This document shows, in pieces, positions 28,386-36,309 of a DNA stretch of 36,309 nucleotides. Origin of the DNA: Candidatus Saccharimonadales bacterium (GTDB taxonomy: Bacteria; Patescibacteriota; Saccharimonadia; Saccharimonadales; UBA4665). The number at the start of each line of letters is the position of its first letter. Positions within the stretch are counted from its first letter, which is position 1. The notes beneath the pieces were generated by a model. That model was given only the letters and a program-made list of their open reading frames with translations. It did not search any database and was not told where the DNA came from. The translations under genes were made by a program, and so were the position numbers. The stretch is taken from assembly GCA_036489905.1 (NCBI GenBank), contig DASXEX010000037.1, positions 1 to 36,309 on the forward strand, given 5' to 3'.

Positions 28386-31300
28386 TGGTTTCTTCAGCGG
28401 CCTTTGCGGCCTTGGCTTCTTCGATGTCGTCATCGCTCATGAAACCGGTGCCGACGGGAATCTTGCGTCCCAGAATGACGTTTTCTTTCAACCCGTACAA
28501 GTGGTCGACACGGCCGGATGTGGCGGCGCCGATGAGCACGCGCGTGGTGTCTTGGAACGACGCGGCACTCAGGAATGAGTCGGTGCTCAAACTGGCTTTG
28601 GTGATACCGAGCAACAGCTGGCTGTACTTGGCCGGCTGCTTGCCAGCGCGCGACAAAGCTTCGTTGGCTTCGACGGCCGATAGTTTGCTGACGGTGTCGC
28701 CAGTAACGAATTCGGTGTTGCCAGCGTCCTCAACTTGAACGCGGCTGAACATCTGGCGAACGATGGTTTCAAGGTGTTTGTCGGCAATGTTCTGTCCCTG
28801 GCTTGCAAAAATCTTGAGGATTTCGTTCATGATGTAGCGCTGTGTGGCTTCGACACCTTGCAGGTGCATGAGGTCGTGCAGGTTGATCGAGCCGTTAGTG
28901 AGCCGTTGGCCGGCCACGACTTTGTCGCCGTCTTTGACTAGCAGTTGCTTGAAGCCCGGGATTTCGTAGCGCACGACGCTTTGGCCGGCCGGTGTGATGA
29001 CGATTGCTTCTTCGCCGGCGACCTCGACCTTGCCGGCCATCGGTGCGACGAGCGGTTTACTGTTGTTTTCGTGTGCGGCGATGACGTCGCCGATGGCCAC
29101 ATCGCTACCACTGGCGACGCTAGCCTTCCGGCCGTTTAGCTCGAGGGTGACGTTTTCTTTTTCATGCGCCGCTATTTGCACGACGTAGTGTTCGCCTTCT
29201 TCCCAAGTTTTGGCTGTGCCGGCAATGTCGGTCAGGTACGCCTGGCTTTTTGGCGTGCGCGCTTCGAAAAGTTCTTCGACGCGGCCAAGCCCTTGCGCGG
29301 CATCATCGGCTACGACGGCACCGGAGCGGTGCTTGGAGTGAAGACTCAGCTGCGTGCCCGGCTCGCCGATAGACTGCGCGGCGATGACACCTATTGGCTG
29401 GTGCGCGACGACCAACTTGCCGGTCGCCGGATCAAGGCCGTACGATTTCTGCGGCACGCCGCGGGCCGAGGTGCAACTTAGGACGCTCATGATTTTTACG
29501 CCGTCGGTGGCGGTGTCAGCCTCAATCGCTTCGGCAATCTGCCCAGTGATGAGCTGACCTTTTTTGACGTGGTCCTTGATGGTTTCAGCGGCGAAGCGAC
29601 CATTCAGGCGAGAGGCATAGCTTGCACCGATTTCGGCGGCGTCGGCTCGCAAGCTGGCAAAGCCAGGATCATCGCCGTCGTTTTCGATCGTGAAGACGTC
29701 TTGGCTGACGTCGACCAAACGGCGAGTCAGGTAACCGGCGTCAGCGGTTTTCAGTGCGATGTCGATGAGCGCTTTGCGCGTGCCGCGGGAACCAGTGAAA
29801 TATTCGAGCGGGTCAAGTCCTTTGATGTATCCGGATTTAATCGGCAGCTCGATGGCACGGCCTGAGGCGTCGGCCAGCACGCCCAGCATACCGACGGCGT
29901 CTTTCATGTTTCGGATGTTGCCGCGGGCACCTGAATCGATGGCGATAGACATGGTGTTATTGCGGCCTTCCATTTGCTCGGCCAACATGTCCTGGACCTT
30001 TGTTTCGATCTTTGTCCAGTTTTCAACGGTCAGCCGGTAGCGTTCCTCTTCGGTAATGAAGCCCTGCTCGTATTGTTCGGAAATGGCGGCGGCGCGCTCC
30101 TCACCTCCGACAATAACCGCTTGCATACCTTTGATTTCGCTGAAGTCGCCCATGCCCATCGAAATGCCCGAGCGCGTGGCATAGTGGAAGCCGAGGTCTT
30201 TCAGTCCGTCGGCGATTTCGGCGGTTTTGTCCTGGCCGTATTTTCGGTACACTTCAGCCATGACTTTTTGCAGACGCTTCTTAGTCATCGGCTCGTCCTG
30301 GAACGGGAAGTCTTCGGGAAATGCTTCGTTGAAGGTTAAGCGGCCGAAGGTGGTGTGTCGGACTTCACCGCGGAACGGCACGCGCACACGGTCCTGAATG
30401 CTCAGCTTACCTGCGTAAAACGCCATGATGCATTCGTCCGGGCTAATGAATGGGCGCTCCTTTTGATTGGCGCTAGCTCGCTTGTAGGTGAGGTAATAGC
30501 AGCCGAGCACGATGTCTTGCTCAATGTGCAAGATGGGTGAGCCATCGGCTGGCTTGAGCAAGTTCTTGTTGGCGGCCATGATGTCGCGAGCTTCGGCTTG
30601 GGCAGCGTCAGATAGCGGCAAGTGGACGGCCATTTGGTCGCCGTCGAAGTCGGCGTTGAAACCTTTACATACCAGCGGATGCAGCTGGATGGCACGACCT
30701 TCGATAAGCGTCGGCTGGAAAGCTTGAATGCTCAAACGGTGCAAGGACGGCGCGCGGTTCAGTAGCACGTATTTGCCCTTGATGACTTCGTCGAGCGCGT
30801 CCCAAACTGCGGTTTCGCCGGTTTCGATCATGCGTGTGGCGTTGCGGATGTTGTGGGCTTCTTCGCGGGCGATGAGTTCGCCGATGACAAACGGTTTGAA
30901 GAGTTCAAGCGCCATCATCTTCGGCAAGCCGCATTGGTTAATTTTCAGTTCCGGACCAGCCACGATGACTGAACGGCCGGAGTAATCGACCCGTTTGCCA
31001 AGCAAGTTCTGGCGGAAGCGGCCTTGCTTACCCTTGAGCATGTCGCTCAAACTTTTCAGACGGCGGCGCTGGCCAGTTGCGGCGACGGCTCGGCCGGAAC
31101 GGGTCGAGTTGTTGTCGATCAACGCATCGACGGCCTCTTGCAACATGCGCTGTTCGTTGCGGCGGATGACTTCGGGCGCGTTCAAGTCCATCAATTTTTT
31201 GAGTCGATTATTACGGTTGATGACGCGGCGATATAGGTCGTTCAAATCGCTTGTGGCAAAGCGTCCGCCGGTCAGTTGCACCATCGGGCGCAGGTCGGGC

Positions 31301-32214
31301 GGAATCACCGGCAGGACCGAAACGCACATCGAGTTCGGCTCGATGCCGGCACGCTCCATACTTTCGAGTAGCCGTAGCCGCTTCATCAATTTCTTGTGGC
31401 GCTGACCTTTGGCAGTTTCGGCCTCTTCGCTCAAACTTTTGATGAGCTCTTTCAGGTCAATTTCGTCAAGCAACAGCTTCACTGCCGCGCCGCCCATGCC
31501 GACGCGCACGAGTCCTTGCAGTTCATCCGGCATGCTGCGATATTCGGCTTCGCTGAGGAGCCGGAATTTTTCAAGACTGGTAAGCTGTTCCTTGAGCTGC
31601 TCGAATTCCTTGGTGACCCCTTCCAGCTCTTTGGTCTGCATTTCGGCCAGAGCCTTCACGTTCGATTCCTCTTTGTTTGCCTCGTGCTCGTAGCGAAGCT
31701 TGATAGCTTCTTTGGCGGCGGCGAATTCGGCTTCTTTGTCGGCGAGCATTTGGTCACGCTTGGCAGTGTCTACAGAAATAATAATGTAGCTGGCAAAGTA
31801 GGCGACGCGTTCGAGGTTTTTGACGGTCATGCCAAGTAGCAAGCCGATGGCCGAAGGCGTGCCGTGCAGGAACCAAATGTGCGCCACCGGCACGGCCAGG
31901 CTAATGTGGCCCATGCGTTCGCGGCGGACGATGGACTTGGTGACGAGTTCGCCGTTTTTGTCGACGGCGGCTTCACGGCTGCGGACGCCTTTGTATTTGG
32001 CGTCGTGCGGGTTAATGTCCTTGACCGGTCCGAAAATCCGCTCGCAGAACAGGCCGTCGCGCTCCGGCTTTTGCGTGCGATAGTTGATGGTTTCCGGCTT
32101 GGTTACTTCGCCGTGGCTCCATTCCAAAATGTCAGCCGGGCTGGCAACCGCCAAACGCACTGCGTCGAAATCGGCAATGTTTGTGCCACTTGTACCGTAA
32201 GAATAGCGTCGCAT
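28369..32214 (-). CDS. rpoC: DNA-directed RNA polymerase beta-prime subunit
   Basis: 1281 aa, with the catalytic motif NADFDGDQM. Confidence 0.98.
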   Translation of the reverse strand: MRRYSYGTSGTNIADFDAVRLAVASPADILEWSHGEVTKPETINYRTQKPERDGLFCERIFGPVKDINPHDAKYKGVRSREAAVDKNGELVTKSIVRRERMGHISLAVPVAHIWFLHGTPSAIGLLLGMTVKNLERVAYFASYIIISVDTAKRDQMLADKEAEFAAAKEAIKLRYEHEANKEESNVKALAEMQTKELEGVTKEFEQLKEQLTSLEKFRLLSEAEYRSMPDELQGLVRVGMGGAAVKLLLDEIDLKELIKSLSEEAETAKGQRHKKLMKRLRLLESMERAGIEPNSMCVSVLPVIPPDLRPMVQLTGGRFATSDLNDLYRRVINRNNRLKKLMDLNAPEVIRRNEQRMLQEAVDALIDNNSTRSGRAVAATGQRRRLKSLSDMLKGKQGRFRQNLLGKRVDYSGRSVIVAGPELKINQCGLPKMMALELFKPFVIGELIAREEAHNIRNATRMIETGETAVWDALDEVIKGKYVLLNRAPSLHRLSIQAFQPTLIEGRAIQLHPLVCKGFNADFDGDQMAVHLPLSDAAQAEARDIMAANKNLLKPADGSPILHIEQDIVLGCYYLTYKRASANQKERPFISPDECIMAFYAGKLSIQDRVRVPFRGEVRHTTFGRLTFNEAFPEDFPFQDEPMTKKRLQKVMAEVYRKYGQDKTAEIADGLKDLGFHYATRSGISMGMGDFSEIKGMQAVIVGGEERAAAISEQYEQGFITEEERYRLTVENWTKIETKVQDMLAEQMEGRNNTMSIAIDSGARGNIRNMKDAVGMLGVLADASGRAIELPIKSGYIKGLDPLEYFTGSRGTRKALIDIALKTADAGYLTRRLVDVSQDVFTIENDGDDPGFASLRADAAEIGASYASRLNGRFAAETIKDHVKKGQLITGQIAEAIEADTATDGVKIMSVLSCTSARGVPQKSYGLDPATGKLVVAHQPIGVIAAQSIGEPGTQLSLHSKHRSGAVVADDAAQGLGRVEELFEARTPKSQAYLTDIAGTAKTWEEGEHYVVQIAAHEKENVTLELNGRKASVASGSDVAIGDVIAAHENNSKPLVAPMAGKVEVAGEEAIVITPAGQSVVRYEIPGFKQLLVKDGDKVVAGQRLTNGSINLHDLMHLQGVEATQRYIMNEILKIFASQGQNIADKHLETIVRQMFSRVQVEDAGNTEFVTGDTVSKLSAVEANEALSRAGKQPAKYSQLLLGITKASLSTDSFLSAASFQDTTRVLIGAATSGRVDHLYGLKENVILGRKIPVGTGFMSDDDIEEAKAAKAAEETIAAKE

Positions 32215-32245
32215 CGTTTAAGCCTCCTCTTCGTCATTACCAAGT

Positions 32246-32317
32246 ATGAGACAAACCTGACGGTTTTTCTCATCGCGCGGGACGCGAAGTGAATTCGCGT
32301 CCCGGCTGCTCTTTTCC
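32246..32317 (-). repeat. Intercistronic two-hairpin repeat, copy 5 (rpoB|rpoC junction)
   Basis: mRNA sense: GGAAAAGAGCAGCC-GGGACGCGAA-UUCAC-UUCGCGUCCC-GCGCG-AUGAGAAAAACCGUCAGGUUUGUCUCAU. Confidence 0.9.
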
Positions 32318-32330
32318 TTTACTGCAACCA

Positions 32331-35300
32331 TCAGACCTTCTCCTCCTTGTTTTCGTCGTTATCATTGGTATCGTCGGTGGTGGTAGTGGCAACTACGGTG
32401 TCACTGCCGGACACTTCGGTTTCGGCGAGTGCTTCGAACTCATCGACTGCCGCATCTTCGGTTAGGTCAATGTCGGATATAACTGGTTCCGGCACGTTGA
32501 CTTGGGCCGGGTTTTTGGCTTCTTCATTCACACTGGTCGCGAGTACTGCCTCGGCATCGACAACGTTGTTCGAGCTGACCAGGTCGACTTTCAGTCCCAG
32601 ACCTTGCAATTCTTTCACGAGCACGTTGAAGCTTTCCGGAACCTTTGGGCCGACGATTTCGGTCTTTTTGATGATGGATTCGTAGGCTTTGCTGCGCCCG
32701 TAAACGTCATCGGACTTGAGCGTCAACATTTCCTGCAAGGTAGCGGCGGCGCCGTAAGCTTCCAGCGCCCAAACTTCCATTTCGCCGAAGCGCTGGCCGC
32801 CGTTTTGGGCTTTGCCGCCGAGCGGCTGTTGGGTGACCATCGTGTACGGACCTGTCGAGCGGGCGTGGATTTTGTCAGCAACCATGTGGTTGAGTTTGAT
32901 CATGTACATGCTACCCACGGTTGTGCGCTCGCGAAATGGTTCACCGCTGCGACCGTCGTAGAGCTGTTGTTTGCCGTCTTCGGGCAACCCGGCTTCTTTG
33001 AGCAGACTTTGGATCTTTTCAGCCGGTACGCCGTTGAATGACGGGCTGGCAACTTTGATTCCCAGAGCACGCGCGGCCATGCCGAGGTGTGTTTCGAATA
33101 GCTGGCCTAAGTTCATACGACTTGGCACGCCGAGCGGGTTCAGGACGATATCAATTGGCGTTCCGTCTTCAGTGAACGGCATGTCTTCGATGGGCAGAAT
33201 GCGGGCGATAACGCCTTTGTTCCCGTGCCGTCCGCCGAGTTTGTCACCGACGGAAATTTTACGCATCTGCGCTACGAATACTTGGATTTGCTTGATGACA
33301 CCGGATTTCAGCTCGTGGCCGTTTTCGCGGCTGAAAATTTTGACGCCTACGACTTTGCCATGCTTGCCGTTGCTCATGCGCTGCGAGGTGTCACGGACTT
33401 CTTTGGCTTTTTCGCCGAAAATTGCCCGGAGCAAACGCTCTTCACTGCTCAGCTCTTGCTCACCCTTTGGCGTAATCTTGCCGACCAGAATGTCGCCCGG
33501 ATGGACTTCGGCGCCGATGCGCACAATGCCGTCTTCGTCTAGGTGACGCAAAGTGTCTTCGCTGACGTTCGGAATATCGCTGGTGACGATTTCCGGGCCG
33601 AGCTTGGTTTCGCGCACCTCAATCATGAAATCCACAATATGCACGCTTGTGAGCGAGTCGTCTTCAACCAGCTTGCGGCTGATGATGACGGCGTCTTCGA
33701 AGTTGTAGCCGTCCCACGGCATAAAGGCAGTCATAAGATCTTTGCCAAGTGCAAGCTCGCCGCCCGCAATCGACATGCCTTCAATCAGCACATCGCCTTG
33801 CTTGACCTTGTCGCCCGTGCTGACGACGACTTTCTGGTTGATGCTGGTGCCTTCGTTGCTGCGAACAAAATGTTCGGGCGCGTATGTTATTTTGCCGTCT
33901 TTATATTGCACGACAACTTCTTCGGCGGTGGCCTTGACGACTTCGCCGTTTTCTTCAGCCAAGATAAGCTGGCCCGTGTTGCGCGCTGCCGCCGTTTCCA
34001 TACCGGTACCGACAATCGGGCTCGATGGCTGGATGAGCGGCACTGCCTGACGTTGCTGGTTGCTGCCCATCAGCGAACGGTACACGTAGTTTTTTTCGAC
34101 GAATGGGATAAGTCCAGCGGACGAACCGATAATCTGGTTGCGCGCCGCATCCATGTGCGTGACTTCGTCTGAGTCGACTTCGCCGGATTGCAAATTGCGG
34201 CGGGCGCTCACACGTTCTTCGGCAAAGTAGCCGCTTTCGTCAATCTTACTGCCGGCGCCCGCGATGATTGCCGCTTCTTCGGCGGCAGCGTCCAGGTAGA
34301 TGACGTCGTTTGTCACTTTGGCTTTAACTGGCCAGGTGACTTGATCTTCGACTTTGGCGAGCTTGGCTGCATCGGCAGCTGTGACAGTTTTGCCTGCTTT
34401 CACTACGGCTTTGCCTTTTTCGTCCTCAAGGTCAACCGCCGCAATGTGGCCGATAATGTCTTTCGGCGTCGCGGCGTTGATAACTTTGCGATACGGCGTT
34501 TCGACAAAACCGTACTCATTAATTCGCGCGTAATTGGCGAGGTTCAAAACCAAGCCGATGTTGGCGCCTTCCGGCGTTTCCACCGCGCAAATCCGGCCGT
34601 AGTGCGTGGCGTGCGCGTCGCGGACTTCAAAGCCGGCGCGTTCGCGGCTCAAGCCGCCCGGACCCATCGAGCTCAAACGTCGCTTGTGTGCAAGCTCTGA
34701 CAGCGGGTTGATTTGATCCATGAATTGGCTGAGCTGCGAACTTGCAAAAAATTCGCGCACGGCAGCCACGACCGGCCGCGCGTTGATAAGTTGTCCCGGC
34801 TGCACGGTTTCGATTTCGCTCATCGACATGCGGTCTTTGGTGTTGCGCTCCATGCGCAGCAGGCCGATACGGAACTGGCGCTGGACGAGTTCGCCGACTT
34901 GCTTGACGCGGCGGTTTGCCAGGCTGTCAATGTCATCGGCCGGTTCCTGCGTGTTGTTCAGGCGGATCAATTCGGCGACGATAGCTTCGAGATCCTCGAG
35001 CCGCATGATGCGATTCTCGAGCGTATTCGGCACATCGAGGTCAAGACGCTTGTTGATTTTGTAGCGGCCGACCCGGGAAAAGTCAAAGCGCTTGTAGTTG
35101 TAAAACATGTTTTCGATAAGCGCGCGGGCGTTGTCCACGGTCGCGAGGTCGCCCGGACGTAGCCGGCGATAGACTTCGATGAGCGCGTCGTTCTGGCCAC
35201 GCGTCGGGTCTTTTTCGAGTGTGGCGTCAAGATGCTTAAGCTTGCCGGTGTCAACGTGCTTGAACGCGTCGCGCATACGTGATTCGCTTTGCCCCAACGC

Positions 35301-35888
35301 GCGCAGCAAAGTTGTTACGGCAATTTTGCGCTTGCGGTCAATTTTGACATACAACGCGCCGTTTGCGGCGGTCTCGAACTCCAACCACGCGCCGCGGCCG
35401 GGAATAACTTTTGCACCGTACAAATTGGTTGTGCCATGCTGGTCTGCCGTGAAGAACACACCGCTCGAACGGATCAGCTGCGACACGACGACGCGCTCGG
35501 CGCCGTTAATTACGAATGTGCCGCGTTTGGTCATCCACGGGTAATCGCCGAGGTAAATTTCGCTTTCCCTGACCTCGCCGGTTACTTTGTTCGTGAGTTC
35601 CACGGTGGCTTTGAGCGGTGCGTCGAAGCTGACGTTATTCTCGCGGGCCTCGGCCTCGCTCATTTTCGGGTCGTCAAAATGATAATCTTTGAATTTGAGC
35701 GACAACTTGCCGCCAGTGTAGTCGTCAATCGGACTAACTTCGGCCAACAACTCGCCCAAGCCTTCGTCCACGAACCATTGGAAAGATGTTGTCTGATGAT
35801 CTACCAAGCTTGGTAGTGCGATAGCGTCGTCGGCTCTCGTAAAATATACGCGCTCGGCCGGCTTCTGTGTAGTGGTACTTTTCGCCAT
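32331..35888 (-). CDS. rpoB: DNA-directed RNA polymerase beta subunit with an acidic C-terminal tail
   Basis: 1185 aa with conserved beta-subunit blocks (GRHGNKGV, PFMPWDGYNFEDA). Confidence 0.98.
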   Translation of the reverse strand: MAKSTTTQKPAERVYFTRADDAIALPSLVDHQTTSFQWFVDEGLGELLAEVSPIDDYTGGKLSLKFKDYHFDDPKMSEAEARENNVSFDAPLKATVELTNKVTGEVRESEIYLGDYPWMTKRGTFVINGAERVVVSQLIRSSGVFFTADQHGTTNLYGAKVIPGRGAWLEFETAANGALYVKIDRKRKIAVTTLLRALGQSESRMRDAFKHVDTGKLKHLDATLEKDPTRGQNDALIEVYRRLRPGDLATVDNARALIENMFYNYKRFDFSRVGRYKINKRLDLDVPNTLENRIMRLEDLEAIVAELIRLNNTQEPADDIDSLANRRVKQVGELVQRQFRIGLLRMERNTKDRMSMSEIETVQPGQLINARPVVAAVREFFASSQLSQFMDQINPLSELAHKRRLSSMGPGGLSRERAGFEVRDAHATHYGRICAVETPEGANIGLVLNLANYARINEYGFVETPYRKVINAATPKDIIGHIAAVDLEDEKGKAVVKAGKTVTAADAAKLAKVEDQVTWPVKAKVTNDVIYLDAAAEEAAIIAGAGSKIDESGYFAEERVSARRNLQSGEVDSDEVTHMDAARNQIIGSSAGLIPFVEKNYVYRSLMGSNQQRQAVPLIQPSSPIVGTGMETAAARNTGQLILAEENGEVVKATAEEVVVQYKDGKITYAPEHFVRSNEGTSINQKVVVSTGDKVKQGDVLIEGMSIAGGELALGKDLMTAFMPWDGYNFEDAVIISRKLVEDDSLTSVHIVDFMIEVRETKLGPEIVTSDIPNVSEDTLRHLDEDGIVRIGAEVHPGDILVGKITPKGEQELSSEERLLRAIFGEKAKEVRDTSQRMSNGKHGKVVGVKIFSRENGHELKSGVIKQIQVFVAQMRKISVGDKLGGRHGNKGVIARILPIEDMPFTEDGTPIDIVLNPLGVPSRMNLGQLFETHLGMAARALGIKVASPSFNGVPAEKIQSLLKEAGLPEDGKQQLYDGRSGEPFRERTTVGSMYMIKLNHMVADKIHARSTGPYTMVTQQPLGGKAQNGGQRFGEMEVWALEAYGAAATLQEMLTLKSDDVYGRSKAYESIIKKTEIVGPKVPESFNVLVKELQGLGLKVDLVSSNNVVDAEAVLATSVNEEAKNPAQVNVPEPVISDIDLTEDAAVDEFEALAETEVSGSDTVVATTTTDDTNDNDENKEEKV

Positions 35889-35943
35889 AAAAGTAAACCT
35901 ACCCCCATGTTTTAAGTTAGTGGTTAGTTATTGTGTAGCCAAC

Positions 35944-35975
35944 AAAAAAGAGTCGGGAGCGCATTAACGCTCTTC
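35944..35975 (-). terminator. Terminator-like hairpin plus U-run about 55 nt upstream of rpoB
   Basis: The minus strand reads GAAGAGCGUUAAUGCGCUCCCGACUCUUUUUU. It has an inner stem GAGCG(U)/(G)CGCUC and an alternative outer stem GAAGAG/CUCUUU, followed by a U-run. Confidence 0.3.
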
Positions 35976-36270
35976 AAGCTTCGCCCATTCGACTGTGTAA
36001 AAATTGCTTCCAAGTCTCTCGTTGTGGCTTATACTTATTTGTTGTATTTTTTCGCGCGAAGGCTCCTAAGCGGGTATTTTTGGCGCCAATTCTGACATAC
36101 GTTAGCACTGCCCGACTTACACTACTTCTTACATCCCAGTGTGAACGAATAGATTTCAAATGTCAAGGGTTTCGACTTAGCTCATAAATAAAGTTCCCCA
36201 AGTAGTATTCGTTAGCTCATTAAAAAAGTACCCGTAATCTTCTATCATGCTGTCTGGTATGGAGGTGCGG

Positions 36271-36309
36271 ATGAAGGGACGCTATATGAGCAAGTTAACT
36301 CGCAAAGAT
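36271..36309 (+). CDS. 5' end of a divergent plus-strand gene (partial, 13 codons)
   Basis: GGAGGTG lies 3 nt upstream of the ATG at 36271. The frame stays open to the window edge (MKGRYMSKLTRKD...). It is too short to identify. Confidence 0.3.
   Translation, partial: MKGRYMSKLTRKD

Noticed and set aside
35974-36159. 61-aa minus-strand ORF upstream of rpoB.
   Set aside because: It begins with TTG and has no ATG near the start, no SD, and a composition unlike a real protein. It is probably non-coding.

Overview
Apart from short fragments at both edges, every gene in this window is on the minus strand. It is one large translation/transcription super-operon: rpoB-rpoC, rpsL-rpsG-fusA-tuf (str), rpsJ...rpsQ (S10), rplN...rplO-secY (spc), infA-rpmJ-rpsM-rpsK-rpsD-rpoA-rplQ (alpha), then rplM-rpsI. 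After that come an alpha/beta-hydrolase pseudogene, trpS, an RluD-like pseudouridine synthase, holB and a TPR protein. The left edge carries the last 42 codons of a transposase-like gene on the plus strand.

Genes are tightly packed, with many 1-4 nt stop/start overlaps (TAATG, TGATG, ATGA) and clear GGAG-type Shine-Dalgarno sites. TGA, TAG and TAA all act as ordinary stops, so this is the standard code 11.

Three gene-content features fit a reduced, Patescibacteria/CPR-like (Saccharibacteria-like) genome. This is inference only:
- no rpmD (L30) between rpsE and rplO
- no adk or map between secY and infA
- no rplJ or rplL upstream of rpoB

The unusual content lies in what interrupts this normally invariant gene order:
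1. Five same-orientation copies of a 72-75 nt two-hairpin element sit at intercistronic junctions, before rplN, rplP, rplB, rplD and rpoC. Its variable stem shows compensatory base changes between copies.
2. A three-gene accessory cassette lies between rpsJ and rplC: a small 3-TM protein, a Ser-Asp-His alpha/beta hydrolase, and a protein with a degenerate PRTase-like motif. A perfect 16-bp palindromic terminator lies on the rpsJ side of it and a ~200 nt leader with a candidate promoter on the rplC side.
3. Three tightly coupled orphan small ORFs sit between universally adjacent genes: 72 aa (rpsL|rpsG), 118 aa (rpsG|fusA) and 51 aa (rplB|rpsS).
4. A SAM-methyltransferase gene between rplO and secY is broken only by two in-frame stop codons.

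All functional calls rest on reading the translations and motifs by eye. No database search was possible.
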